64,000 bases of DNA from Alkalispirochaeta sp. (GCA_965601925.1 OZ271854.1:608001-672000), one strand, 5' to 3'. Counted from the stretch's first letter, positions 9,666 to 19,098 are shown. Notes: generated by a model not told the origin, from the sequence alone. Numbers and translations: made by a program.

Positions 9666-10736
9666 CTAAACCGTAGCAACTTCTTTTATTATTTGTAATT
9701 GCATAAGAAACGACCTCGATACGTGCATCCGTCGCTCGAGCGGATGTATGCCCCGGCGCGCGCGCAACGGTCCCCTGCCGGCAAACGCCGAACGCGCCTG
9801 TGCGGACGCGTACACGCGCGCCCGTCGAGATGCGGCGAGTGGGCGGTAGCGGTGACGATGAAACGTCAACGGAAATCGTCCGGTGGCGTATGCGCACGTC
9901 AGGAGGTTCGTGAAAAGCGCGCCACGGGGTTGCGTCAACTCCTCGTCCGAAACGCCGAATACGCGCTCGAACGATCCGATACGCGAGAACCGATCGAGAT
10001 CGCCGGTGACGGCCGCCGGAGCGTTGAGGGAGACGACCGTTCCGCGGCCGGATGACCGCCCGAGCCCGTACGATCTCACGCCTGCGGCGGACTGCGCCGG
10101 TGCAGCGTTACGGGACGGAGCCTGGTGTTCATCGGCGGGTGCGGATAGGCGGCGCCATAAACGGGTTGCCGCCTCGTCGATACGATCGACTCCATCGCCC
10201 GAACCCGATGCGAACCGGAACCGCGTGTGGCCTGATCGGGTCGCGAGCTCCACCGCCAAGGAGAGGGCGGGCGCCCACCGACCGACTACGGTGACCTCAT
10301 CGCTCTCCAACAACCGCTCAACGAGTTGATGCCGGAGCGTCGCGTCGACAATCGCTCGATCGCCCGCCGTCTCACGATACGTTGATACGATCCCATCGTA
10401 GAGGCCGTAGGACGGAGTGCACAGAAGCGCCTTGAAACCGACGGTTCGCACTGCTCCGTCGGGCGAGCGCATCGTGATGGAGTCGGCATCGATATCGATC
10501 GGATCGGCGACGAGATACCCGTCTATCGGAAGGAACTCATCGACATCCCGGACGAACGCCTCTACCGGATATCCGGCGACAAGCGCGCCGGCAAAGTACG
10601 GATCGTATATCCGAGTCGTGGGAGTGACCAAGGCGGCCGGAACCAATCGTCGTAAGGCGGCGGTCCAGGCGATCGCCGTCGGGCCGTTACCGACGATGAA
10701 TATGTGGTCGTCGCCTATGTCTCGCAGGTGTGCCAT
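9666..10736 (-). CDS. Divergent FAD/NAD(P)-dependent oxidoreductase-like protein
   Basis: IFIVGNGPTA Rossmann motif; degenerate second motif VTVVGRWAPALSLAVELA; GGAGA RBS. Confidence 0.55.
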   Translation of the reverse strand: MAHLRDIGDDHIFIVGNGPTAIAWTAALRRLVPAALVTPTTRIYDPYFAGALVAGYPVEAFVRDVDEFLPIDGYLVADPIDIDADSITMRSPDGAVRTVGFKALLCTPSYGLYDGIVSTYRETAGDRAIVDATLRHQLVERLLESDEVTVVGRWAPALSLAVELATRSGHTRFRFASGSGDGVDRIDEAATRLWRRLSAPADEHQAPSRNAAPAQSAAGVRSYGLGRSSGRGTVVSLNAPAAVTGDLDRFSRIGSFERVFGVSDEELTQPRGALFTNLLTCAYATGRFPLTFHRHRYRPLAASRRARVYASAQARSAFAGRGPLRARRGIHPLERRMHVSRSFLMQLQIIKEVATV

Positions 10737-10944
10737 TGCGTTTCTCCAGTGACGTCGTCGTCGGGTGCCACTCATTCCGACGACCGACATTCGATGTAGG
10801 CCAATCTACGGCGGTGAGCGGCGACGTACCATAAACGGCGGGTAAGCTTCGGATAACACGTTCGTTTAAACGATCGCGGTCCTCGACGCGTCGTGTCCGC
10901 GTTCATCCGGAACGGGCGAACGGACTGCGCCGGGCGCGGGTCAC

Positions 10945-11002
10945 AAAAAAACCTCACCCGTTCGGTCACGAGCGCGTCGGCCTGCTTCCGAACGGGTGAG
11001 GT
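10945..11002 (-). terminator. Rho-independent terminator-like hairpin (minus strand)
   Basis: 15-bp perfect stem ACCTCACCCGTTCGG (10951-10965) / CCGAACGGGTGAGGT (10988-11002), followed by a U-run on the minus strand. Confidence 0.6.
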
Positions 11003-11116
11003 GAATCCTAAGATCCCGAGAAGGAATCCGAGATAGATCATAACGAGGCGACGTGAACGGGAGGTGAAGCGGAGCTGAAGTCTTGCTGTATGTTGCGACG
11101 GTCGCCCGAGCACCTC

Positions 11117-11170
11117 ATCAGGGCGTTTTCAGTTCCCGTTCAGCTTGCGTTCATATTGCTCAGCTATAGT
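11117..11170 (+). promoter_or_regulatory. Array of 11-bp-period direct repeats plus -10 element upstream of the porin
   Basis: ATCAG (11117), TTCAG (11128), TTCAG (11139), TTCAT (11150); TATAGT at 11165-11170. Confidence 0.5.
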
Positions 11171-11271
11171 ACCTCCGACTGCGACGGCCGCTCGCGGCGG
11201 TCGTCGGGCACTAGAAAAAGCCGGGGAAAAGGGCCGTCGGTCCACCCGGGAAACCCTTGAGGAGGAATAGC

Positions 11272-12453
11272 ATGAAACGATTTGCGATCGTCGGCTTGGC
11301 GCTTTGCACTATCGGAGCCGCCGTCTTTGCGGAAGAAGAGGTCGGTCCGAGCATCAACGTAGGCGGCGAATTGACCTACGGCTTCGTCGTGAATCCCGAA
11401 ACGGATCCCACGTTCACCGATCTTCTCGACGCCGCCGATATCAACTTGACCGGTAACATGGATGCATATAACTCATATCGCATACGTCTCGACTTCAACG
11501 GCGGTACCGACGAGCTCCAGGAGGCCGACGATGTGGCGGTCGACGAGGCGTTCATCAACACCGATCTGGCGCACTATTTCGGACTCGACGCATTGGGCGT
11601 CGTCATTCAGTGGCGCAACGGATTCGACGATACCAACGCGTCGGTGCACAGCGCCGGTACGCGTTATGCGTTCGACGAGATCACCGACAACGACGATTTG
11701 TCCACCGACGACACGTGGATATCCGAAGTAACGCTCGGATACATGGACGTATTTCGTCTGAAGAGCGCTTGGGCGTGGGACACCGATCAAGGCGCCGACG
11801 ATATTCCCGAGATGCTCTTTGAGATATCAAGCGCTCCGGTCACCGGTGTCGAGGCGGCGGTCGCCTATACCACCAACCGTACCGCGGGCGGTACGATCGG
11901 CGTGAGCTCGAGCTTTGCGCTCGCTGAGTTCGTTCCGACGTTCGCCTCGTCCGGCATCGGACTCGATCTCGGCGCCAACTTCGCCTACAACCTTTCGGCG
12001 TCCGACGACTTCACCGAGTCCGGCGTGGAGCCCGATGTCATCGCGGCGGAGCAGGCGGTCTGGGGTGCATCGGCTAAGGTCACCTACCTCGGCGCCGACC
12101 TCGGCGTGTCCTACGTCGGCGGCGCGGAAGACGATGAGAACACAGCGGCCGGCTTTGTCGTTATCGGCATCGACGCCGGATACCAGCTCATCGAGGATTT
12201 GGGTGTGTACGGCGGAATCGCCCTTGACTTCACCGATTACGAGGCGGTCGGCGGCGCCGAGAACATCGAGGGCGTCGCCGGCGGAGAGTTCGGCGTGTCG
12301 TGGGACATCGGCGGCCTCAACCTCAAGACCGGGTACTGGTTCAGCGACGGGTACGGGTTGGGTAGCATCGACGCTCTCGGAGAAGACGTCGACGGCGACA
12401 TGAATCCCGACGGCGGCATGTTCTTCCGCTTCTCCTACGAGTGGGGAATCTAA
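11272..12453 (+). CDS. Acidic outer membrane beta-barrel protein / porin-like
   Basis: GAGGAGG RBS; signal peptide (AVFA/EEE); amphipathic beta strands; aromatic C-terminal strand FRFSYEWGI; strong terminator. Confidence 0.75.
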   Translation: MKRFAIVGLALCTIGAAVFAEEEVGPSINVGGELTYGFVVNPETDPTFTDLLDAADINLTGNMDAYNSYRIRLDFNGGTDELQEADDVAVDEAFINTDLAHYFGLDALGVVIQWRNGFDDTNASVHSAGTRYAFDEITDNDDLSTDDTWISEVTLGYMDVFRLKSAWAWDTDQGADDIPEMLFEISSAPVTGVEAAVAYTTNRTAGGTIGVSSSFALAEFVPTFASSGIGLDLGANFAYNLSASDDFTESGVEPDVIAAEQAVWGASAKVTYLGADLGVSYVGGAEDDENTAAGFVVIGIDAGYQLIEDLGVYGGIALDFTDYEAVGGAENIEGVAGGEFGVSWDIGGLNLKTGYWFSDGYGLGSIDALGEDVDGDMNPDGGMFFRFSYEWGI

Positions 12454-12479
12454 CATCGATCGAGTTGTTCAAAGAATCG

Positions 12480-12518
12480 GGCCGCAGTCGGGTAACCACT
12501 CGACTGCGGCCTTTTTTT
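12480..12518 (+). terminator. Rho-independent terminator of the porin gene
   Basis: GGCCGCAGTCG...CGACTGCGGCC stem followed by T7. Confidence 0.85.
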
Positions 12519-12532
12519 GCTCTTCCGCCGGA

Positions 12533-13294
12533 TCACGATGCGGGGGATAGTGCGGCGGGAGACGGCACCGGGGAACCGCCGAACTGGTACCCGTATCCTC
12601 GAATCGTCTCGATCCAATCGGGCCATCCCAGTTTCTTCCGTATGTTCTTGACATGGGCATCCAATGAACGCAGATAGCTGCTCGTATACTCGTACCCCAT
12701 GCACTCCTGTACAATCGCGTCGCGCGCGCAGTTCTTCTCGGCGCGATACGCGAGATACCGCAGGACTTTCCATTCGGTTTCGGTCACCCTGAGCGCCTTC
12801 CCATCCAGAAAGACCTTATGGGCGTCGTCGTCGATGGTGAGCGTACTCCCGTGGAGCCGCCAAGAGCGACGTATATCCGAGGTCTGCTGCGCCGCGGAGT
12901 AATCCGAAGTGGAGGCGTGAAGTATTCCGGCGATACGGAGCGCAATCTCGCGCATCGAGAACGCCTGATCGATAATGCCGCTGGCTCCGATTCGTAACAA
13001 GTTGAGTCGGTCACCCTCGCCGATTGCGGTGCTTACCACGATGACGACGCGCTGGTGCCCCAGAGCCAACTCCCGCACGGTGTCGAAGGCGAGCCGCTTT
13101 CGCCCAAAATCGCCCACGACGACCGTCGGTGTCGGATACGGTTTCGTATCGACGGGTCGCGAGACAACTTCACGAATGCTGGAACACGCGACGATCGAAT
13201 AGCCCAAGAGCGCCAACTCGTTTTGCAAGGGTCGACTCGTCTTCTCATCGAGAGTCAGGACTTCAATTTCGATACCATGCATCATTCTCTCCAA
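12533..13294 (-). CDS. Atypical OmpR-type response regulator (degenerate receiver + wHTH)
   Basis: Clear C-terminal wHTH (VTETEWKVL...LDAHVKNIRKKL...TIRGYGY); receiver lacks the DD and KP motifs. Confidence 0.8.
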   Translation of the reverse strand: MERMMHGIEIEVLTLDEKTSRPLQNELALLGYSIVACSSIREVVSRPVDTKPYPTPTVVVGDFGRKRLAFDTVRELALGHQRVVIVVSTAIGEGDRLNLLRIGASGIIDQAFSMREIALRIAGILHASTSDYSAAQQTSDIRRSWRLHGSTLTIDDDAHKVFLDGKALRVTETEWKVLRYLAYRAEKNCARDAIVQECMGYEYTSSYLRSLDAHVKNIRKKLGWPDWIETIRGYGYQFGGSPVPSPAALSPAS

Positions 13295-13458
13295 GTGTGG
13301 ACTACCCCCGTACGAGAACTATGGTATACACGCTGGACGACGACATTGAATCGACGGAATACCACACGTCGACGCGCATTCGTCGAGAGAAACGACGTTG
13401 GTTCCGACGATGTCGCCTAACGGGACAATCGGGCCGTCGGCGCCGAGTACGGCGACGC

Positions 13459-14115
13459 CTACGCGCTTTCCATCCGCCGCGTAGCATCGTCGACGAGGGT
13501 GAGAAACTCACGACTGACCGGCGGCATTCGGGCGTTCAGAAGGTCGGGCGTCGCGATGAAGAAGTTTGCAACGAGGAACGCCGCAATGTCCTCGACCGAT
13601 ACGCGGCAATCCTCTTTCACCCACCACGATAGGAGCCCGAGAAGGCTTCCGGCCAGCAGGTGCGCCAGAACGACGAGGGGCATCCTCGGCGTGCTGTGAT
13701 TATGATCGACGACGTGGGTCAGGCGGTGGCGAAATGCATCGACGGCGGAGTCGCGCATCCTCAAGACGAAGTCTCCCGAGCCTCGCGGGCCGAACATAAG
13801 CTTGTAAAAGTCGAGATTGTGTTTGATGTGGGTAAGCATAGCAAGGGTGTATTGCCGCGGTTTGTCGATCCCGTTGTCCTCCATCTCTTCCGGCACGGAC
13901 CAGAGGGTGTTCCAGATCTCGTCGAGCATTTCGTCCATGCCTCGCGTAAACAGGTCGCTCTTATCCTCGTAGTGTCGGTAAAACGTCGTTCGATTGACCA
14001 TCGCTCGCTCGGCGATCTCGGCGACGGTAATCGCCTCGTACGATTTCTCGTTCATGAGGTCCATGAGCGCCTGGCGCAGTATCTGCTTTGTTCTACGAAC
14101 CCGTAAGTCCGGCAT
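13459..14115 (-). CDS. TetR/AcrR family transcriptional regulator
   Basis: DLRVRRTK...ITVAEIAERAMVNRTTFYRHY. Confidence 0.9.
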   Translation of the reverse strand: MPDLRVRRTKQILRQALMDLMNEKSYEAITVAEIAERAMVNRTTFYRHYEDKSDLFTRGMDEMLDEIWNTLWSVPEEMEDNGIDKPRQYTLAMLTHIKHNLDFYKLMFGPRGSGDFVLRMRDSAVDAFRHRLTHVVDHNHSTPRMPLVVLAHLLAGSLLGLLSWWVKEDCRVSVEDIAAFLVANFFIATPDLLNARMPPVSREFLTLVDDATRRMESA

Positions 14116-14357
14116 CGTTCCCTCCTGTCACCGATCGGTGCCCAACGCGTAGTCGCGATCGACCGTCGGCTATACGGTTCGACGCGCACTCCGCCGTCGA
14201 ACATGCTGGAAAAACCCGACGAGGTTTTTTATATGGAGCATACGTTTTACGATTCGATGTGATACGGCGACGAGATCCTCGTGCGGACACGGCGCCGATA
14301 GTCGACGAACGCCCGCGACACAGCTGCCGGTCACGACGGTCGCGCATCACGATCGCG

Positions 14358-15197
14358 TCAAAAACGATACGAGACGAACACTCCGCCATTGAACTGCTCA
14401 CCTTGTTGCACGATCGGACTATCCTCGGCGTCTCCGGTAATCCACGTATAGCCGAACGTACCGTTGAGGAGCCAGCGCTCCCCGAGGACATACATGACGC
14501 CTACGTTCGTTCCCAGTGCGTAAAAGCCGGCGTCGGCGTCATGTCGATTCAGACCGGAGCGTACGGCCTGCTCACCGTTCACGCCGAAGTAGCGTTCCAT
14601 ATAGGTTTCGTTCGCCCACTCGGCCGAAAAACCGAGCATAACGGCGGGTCCGGGAGGCGGTCCTCCGCCGCCCATTTCTCCCGGACGAATGTCGCCGGTC
14701 ACCATTGCAAGGGGAACCATGGCGCGCACGCCTACCTCGGCCGTGAGGCCGTCGGTTCCGCCGAGGTGTTGCGTGAGCGTTCCATAGGGCGTGACGGGCC
14801 CGAGTCGATACTCGAATCCACCGTTGACCGTCACCGCGGGATCGATATCGCCGAGACCGTTGAGATCGTCGTGGTCATCGGGGCGCCCGGTGGAGTATCC
14901 GAGACCGCTCGAAATGGTGAAGCCGCCTCCGCGGTACAGATGCACACCGATTCCGCGCGGGACGCTGAGATATAAGCGATCGTTCCACTCGATGTTTACC
15001 ATCGGCAGGACGCGCAGTTCCATCTCGTCGGCGCCGTCGTAGGCCGAGCCGTATAGGGACCCGACGCCGACGGATATATCCCACATCCCCGCCTCGACGA
15101 GCCGATCGCCGTCGGCGTCTACCGGACGGGGAGACGCTACCATACACAGCGCCGCGACCATCATCATCGTCGCGGCGCTCGACGAGCCTCTTACCAT
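14358..15197 (-). CDS. MipA/OmpV family outer membrane protein (paralogue 1)
   Basis: Signal peptide; YDGADE, LNGLGDID, YFGV, DAEDSPIV; C-terminal SYRF. Confidence 0.88.
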   Translation of the reverse strand: MVRGSSSAATMMMVAALCMVASPRPVDADGDRLVEAGMWDISVGVGSLYGSAYDGADEMELRVLPMVNIEWNDRLYLSVPRGIGVHLYRGGGFTISSGLGYSTGRPDDHDDLNGLGDIDPAVTVNGGFEYRLGPVTPYGTLTQHLGGTDGLTAEVGVRAMVPLAMVTGDIRPGEMGGGGPPPGPAVMLGFSAEWANETYMERYFGVNGEQAVRSGLNRHDADAGFYALGTNVGVMYVLGERWLLNGTFGYTWITGDAEDSPIVQQGEQFNGGVFVSYRF

Positions 15198-15263
15198 GGC
15201 TCACCCCTCCTCGATCGATGCGGAACGGAGAGCGCCTCTCGCAGACCGTTACGTATCGCGTTC

Positions 15264-15319
15264 AGGGTAGCGATTCGACCGGCTCGACACCATAAACGAC
15301 GTCTTAAGTTTCTATAAAC
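15264..15319 (-). promoter_or_regulatory. Candidate OmpR-family box (11-bp period) with -10 element, mipA promoter
   Basis: ATAAAC-GACGT-CTTAAG-TTTCT-ATAAAC at 15292-15319; minus-strand TACCCT at 15269-15264; same spacing as the 9609 site. Confidence 0.6.
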
Positions 15320-15365
15320 AATTTGGCGCGTCCGCGGTGCATATCGATTTCATGGCATAGAGAGT

Positions 15366-16613
15366 TCACCGGCGACTGCGCCGGGCAAAGGCGTACAGCC
15401 GCTCAACCGCATCGATGACCACGTGCGGGGCCTCGTCCTGCACCCAATGCCCGACGGACGGGTCCGTCCACACACCGACGATCCGGTCGTCATTCCAACG
15501 GTCGAGAAAACGCTCCAATGGATACCAGTACGGTCGACCCGCGGCATCGACGCAGTTGGTGCGCGCATCGACCTCGCCGGGTTCCGGAACAAACCCATCA
15601 ACGCACAGCGCTCGCGGCTCGCCAAGAAACCCGAGATCTACTTTGTAGGGTCCAAAGGCCGTATCATCTCCGAAGGCGAAGTACGCGGGTACATCGGTGA
15701 GCGCATCCAAGGACTCGTCGAGCTGTTGAAGAAACGCGCCGTCTCGGACGGTGGCCATCGCCGATATGTGTATCGCATCCGTGATATCGTCTCGCAACAG
15801 CTCGTAGGGCTCGGTAAGCTCCAAGTACGGCGCCCACATCGCATTTCGCAACGCGACGTACTCAGCCGTCCCCTCCTCGGCGTTGCGCCGGGCAACGCCC
15901 AATCCGCCGCGACGGATGAGCGCGCCGCTGCGATAGAAGGCCGGCTCGGCCGCCGCGTGGACTCCGCGATCGTGGACGGCGTGCATAAAGGCGGTCTCCC
16001 CTCGCCGGATGTCCGGTAGACGCCACGCCCACGTGTTCATGATCACCACGGCCTGAATGCGATGCGACTCCTCGATACCGGCCGCGAGTCCTATGGGCCC
16101 GCCCCAATCCTGCACTACGAGATAGATCTCCCGCAGATCCACGTCGCGGATGAAATCGGCCAACACCTCCGCGTGATCGTGGGGCATATAACCGAACCGT
16201 GAGACCGGAGGCTTGTCCGACATACCGAAGCCGAACTGATCGGTGGCGACGACGCGAAATCCCGCCTCGGTAAGCGGGGCGACGATCTTGCGGTAGATGA
16301 AGCTCCACGCGGCGTTCCCGTGGACCGCAAGCACCGTGCCCTTCGGCTCGCCGCCGCCGATCGGCGGCTCATCAATGTAGTGATAGGCGATGCCGTTCCA
16401 TTCGTAGACGTGCGAATCGAACGGATAGAGCGCCTGCGAGACGTCGAACGGTCGCGTCCAGTCGGCTCCGTGTGCGGTGTCGACGGCGCGGCGTTCACCG
16501 ATGTCCGAGGTACCGGCGTCGGCGGTCTCGTATCGGCCGGTAGTAGAGCAGCTCGCCGCGACGGCGAGCGCGACGACAACGACGATCGATCGAAAACTAC
16601 GGTAGGTATACAT
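15366..16613 (-). CDS. Haloalkane dehalogenase-like alpha/beta hydrolase, probable lipoprotein
   Basis: HGN, GFGMSDKP, VQDWGGPIG nucleophile elbow, GHWVQDEAP; signal peptide ending AVAASC; CAGGAGG RBS. Confidence 0.8.
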   Translation of the reverse strand: MYTYRSFRSIVVVVALAVAASCSTTGRYETADAGTSDIGERRAVDTAHGADWTRPFDVSQALYPFDSHVYEWNGIAYHYIDEPPIGGGEPKGTVLAVHGNAAWSFIYRKIVAPLTEAGFRVVATDQFGFGMSDKPPVSRFGYMPHDHAEVLADFIRDVDLREIYLVVQDWGGPIGLAAGIEESHRIQAVVIMNTWAWRLPDIRRGETAFMHAVHDRGVHAAAEPAFYRSGALIRRGGLGVARRNAEEGTAEYVALRNAMWAPYLELTEPYELLRDDITDAIHISAMATVRDGAFLQQLDESLDALTDVPAYFAFGDDTAFGPYKVDLGFLGEPRALCVDGFVPEPGEVDARTNCVDAAGRPYWYPLERFLDRWNDDRIVGVWTDPSVGHWVQDEAPHVVIDAVERLYAFARRSRR

Positions 16614-16827
16614 AATGACCTCCTGAGTCACGTGAAATAGCGTGTGAAACGATGCATCGAGGCCTGGAAGGGTCCTCAACGCCGAGAGGAGCGTAGCGTA
16701 GTGCTCCGGGGAACGGCGCGACCGTCGACGGCCGGCCGATGTCCCACGTACGAGGAGCGCGGCCCCGGTCGTCGGCTGCTCCGCGCCATGCGCGACCGCA
16801 GATCGCGACATCCACGCAGCCGCCCCC

Positions 16828-17625
16828 TCAAAAGCGATACATCACGAGGAGCGCGGTGACGTACTGGTTTTCATTCCGCACGATCGGACTGTCCGCCGCA
16901 TCCCCGATGAGGCGGGAGTATTCGAACGACGCGGTGGCAAAAAACCGAGCGCTCAAGGGATACATGAGGGCGATGCTACCCCCGAGGGACTTAAACCCCG
17001 CCTCGGCGTCGTGGCGCTCCAGCCCGGACCGCGTCGCCTGCTCGGCATCGACACCGAAGTACGAACTCATATACCGATCATCGGCCCAACTGACCGCCAC
17101 CGCGGGTGCAATCGCCGGTCGCGGTCCGTTTTGGTCCGCCGGCCGTCCGAGAGGAATCCGTCCCCCGACTTCCAACGACGCCTCCACACCGTCGGACCCG
17201 CCGACGTACCGCTTTGCCGAGAGGCCGGTCGTAATCGGTCCTACCTCGTATTCGATCCCGAAATTGACTGTAGGGGCGCGATCTATGTCGCCGAGCCCCG
17301 ACAACGCGTCGTCGTCGTCGCGACCGAAGTCGTAGCCGATACCGATATTCGCCTCGATATTGCGGTTGTTATAGAGCGTTACCCCGAGTTCTTCCGGTAT
17401 CGTAAGATAGATACGGTCGTTCCACACGAGGCGAACCATCGGCACCGGGGAGACGCGCATATCGTCCGCCCCTTCGTATCGAGGAGAGAGAGCCACACCC
17501 GCACCGATCGATAACTCCCACGGAGAGTCGTCGTGTTGCTGTGCCGCAAGGGGTACCCTCGTTACAAGAATTACCGCCGCGATCGACAACACGGCGCGCG
17601 CCGTATCTAACGTGATCGTTCTCAT
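16828..17625 (-). CDS. MipA/OmpV family outer membrane protein (paralogue 2)
   Basis: PRYEGADD, LSGLGDID, YFGV, DAADSPIV; C-terminal MYRF. Confidence 0.88.
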   Translation of the reverse strand: MRTITLDTARAVLSIAAVILVTRVPLAAQQHDDSPWELSIGAGVALSPRYEGADDMRVSPVPMVRLVWNDRIYLTIPEELGVTLYNNRNIEANIGIGYDFGRDDDDALSGLGDIDRAPTVNFGIEYEVGPITTGLSAKRYVGGSDGVEASLEVGGRIPLGRPADQNGPRPAIAPAVAVSWADDRYMSSYFGVDAEQATRSGLERHDAEAGFKSLGGSIALMYPLSARFFATASFEYSRLIGDAADSPIVRNENQYVTALLVMYRF

Positions 17626-17755
17626 CTTTTTTACCCTCCACTGTGTTTTAGCGACACACCGCGATTCGGCCGAACGAAGCGCCGGGTTTCGACGCGCCGC
17701 CGGCGGCACGGTCAAGGTCGCTACGGCCGAACGTGCCGTACGGAGGGGTAAAGGT

Positions 17756-17779
17756 CGTTCGAGTACGCGTACTCGAACG
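17756..17779. promoter_or_regulatory. Perfect 24-bp palindrome in the divergent mipA/araC intergenic region
   Basis: CGTTCGAGTACG|CGTACTCGAACG. Confidence 0.55.
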
Positions 17780-17837
17780 TTTTTCGTATGATGGAGCCTT
17801 GATCGGAGGGATCGATTACCCTATATCGTAGAATGAG

Positions 17838-19013
17838 ATGAACGGCATTGTCTCATACATACTCTTTACCTCCTCAATTTGGGGGTTCACGATCTCATCG
17901 GTACTGTTCATCGCGAATCGCAATCAGAAAGCGAACCGTGTGTTGGCGTTGTTTCTGTTTTTCGTGGCCCGGGGATTGCTCCAGGGATACTTCACCTCCC
18001 TCGATATACACACCCGCGTTCCCCACCTCTTGTGGCTGACATTTCCCCACATGTTTATCTTCGGACCGCTTCTGTACATTTACTGCCGAGTACTCACACG
18101 AAACGCGCCGGTGTTCTCTGCGGAGGCCGCCTATCATGCGATACCGTTTCTCGCGAGCCTCCTGTACCTGAGCCTCTTCTTCTATGCGCTCCCAGCGCAG
18201 GAGAAGCTTGCGCGCTTCCTCGCGATCGAAGCGAGCGGTCCACCGATATCCCTCACGATCATGCGCATCGCGGGACGCATATCCGGCATGACCTACTCGC
18301 TCTTCTCATTTCTCCAGGTGCGCTCCTATACCAAGAGAATCAAGGGGTACTTCTCCGACATTCATCAAGTGAACCTGAACTGGCTCCAAGCCATACTGGG
18401 GATGGTCATATGCGCGTGGTCGCTCTCGAGCGTTTCGTTCGTCTCCGAGACATTTCTGGCGACACCCTTGGGGGTCGTGGACGGTGCGACCAACCTTGTC
18501 GCCTTTTTGCTGTTCTATACGATGTCGTATCTCATGATTCAACAACCCGATCTGTACAACTGGGTCGAACATCTGAATGCCGAGCGCGTGTTGTGGGAGG
18601 AACGAAGAGACTCCGCGCCGTCGGATGAAAAACGAGAACAAAAATCGATCAATCTTAACGAAGCCTCGTTGGAACTCTATCGCAACGAGATATACCGCTG
18701 TATGGAACGTGAGCGCCCCTATCTCGACAGCCTCCTTACGATCAAGAAGCTCTCTTCCGTCTCGCGCGTGCCGGTGAACGTACTCTCCTACATCATCAAC
18801 ACCGATACGGGGAACAACTTCTACTACTTCATCAATCGCTATCGTATCGATCACGCCGCCGCGCTGCTCCTCGACAAGGAGGAACCCGATACTCGCATCC
18901 TGGATATCGCCTATTCGTCGGGGTTCAACTCAAAGTCGGTCTTCAACACGATGTTTCGTAAGTTCAAGGGCACGACGCCAAGAGACTACAGAACACGGGG
19001 GGAGGCGCAATGA
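17838..19013 (+). CDS. AraC family regulator with N-terminal multi-pass membrane sensor domain
   Basis: About 7 hydrophobic segments (incl. FGPLLYIY); C-terminal AraC HTH (FINRYRI...IAYSSGFNSKSVFN...GTTPRDYR). Confidence 0.9.
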   Translation: MNGIVSYILFTSSIWGFTISSVLFIANRNQKANRVLALFLFFVARGLLQGYFTSLDIHTRVPHLLWLTFPHMFIFGPLLYIYCRVLTRNAPVFSAEAAYHAIPFLASLLYLSLFFYALPAQEKLARFLAIEASGPPISLTIMRIAGRISGMTYSLFSFLQVRSYTKRIKGYFSDIHQVNLNWLQAILGMVICAWSLSSVSFVSETFLATPLGVVDGATNLVAFLLFYTMSYLMIQQPDLYNWVEHLNAERVLWEERRDSAPSDEKREQKSINLNEASLELYRNEIYRCMERERPYLDSLLTIKKLSSVSRVPVNVLSYIINTDTGNNFYYFINRYRIDHAAALLLDKEEPDTRILDIAYSSGFNSKSVFNTMFRKFKGTTPRDYRTRGEAQ

Positions 19014-19098
19014 CGGTTCGGCTACACCACCGCTTCACAAGGAGCGCTCGCTCCGATGTCACGTCATCCCGCGCATCGAACTCATTTGAGAGGACGGT

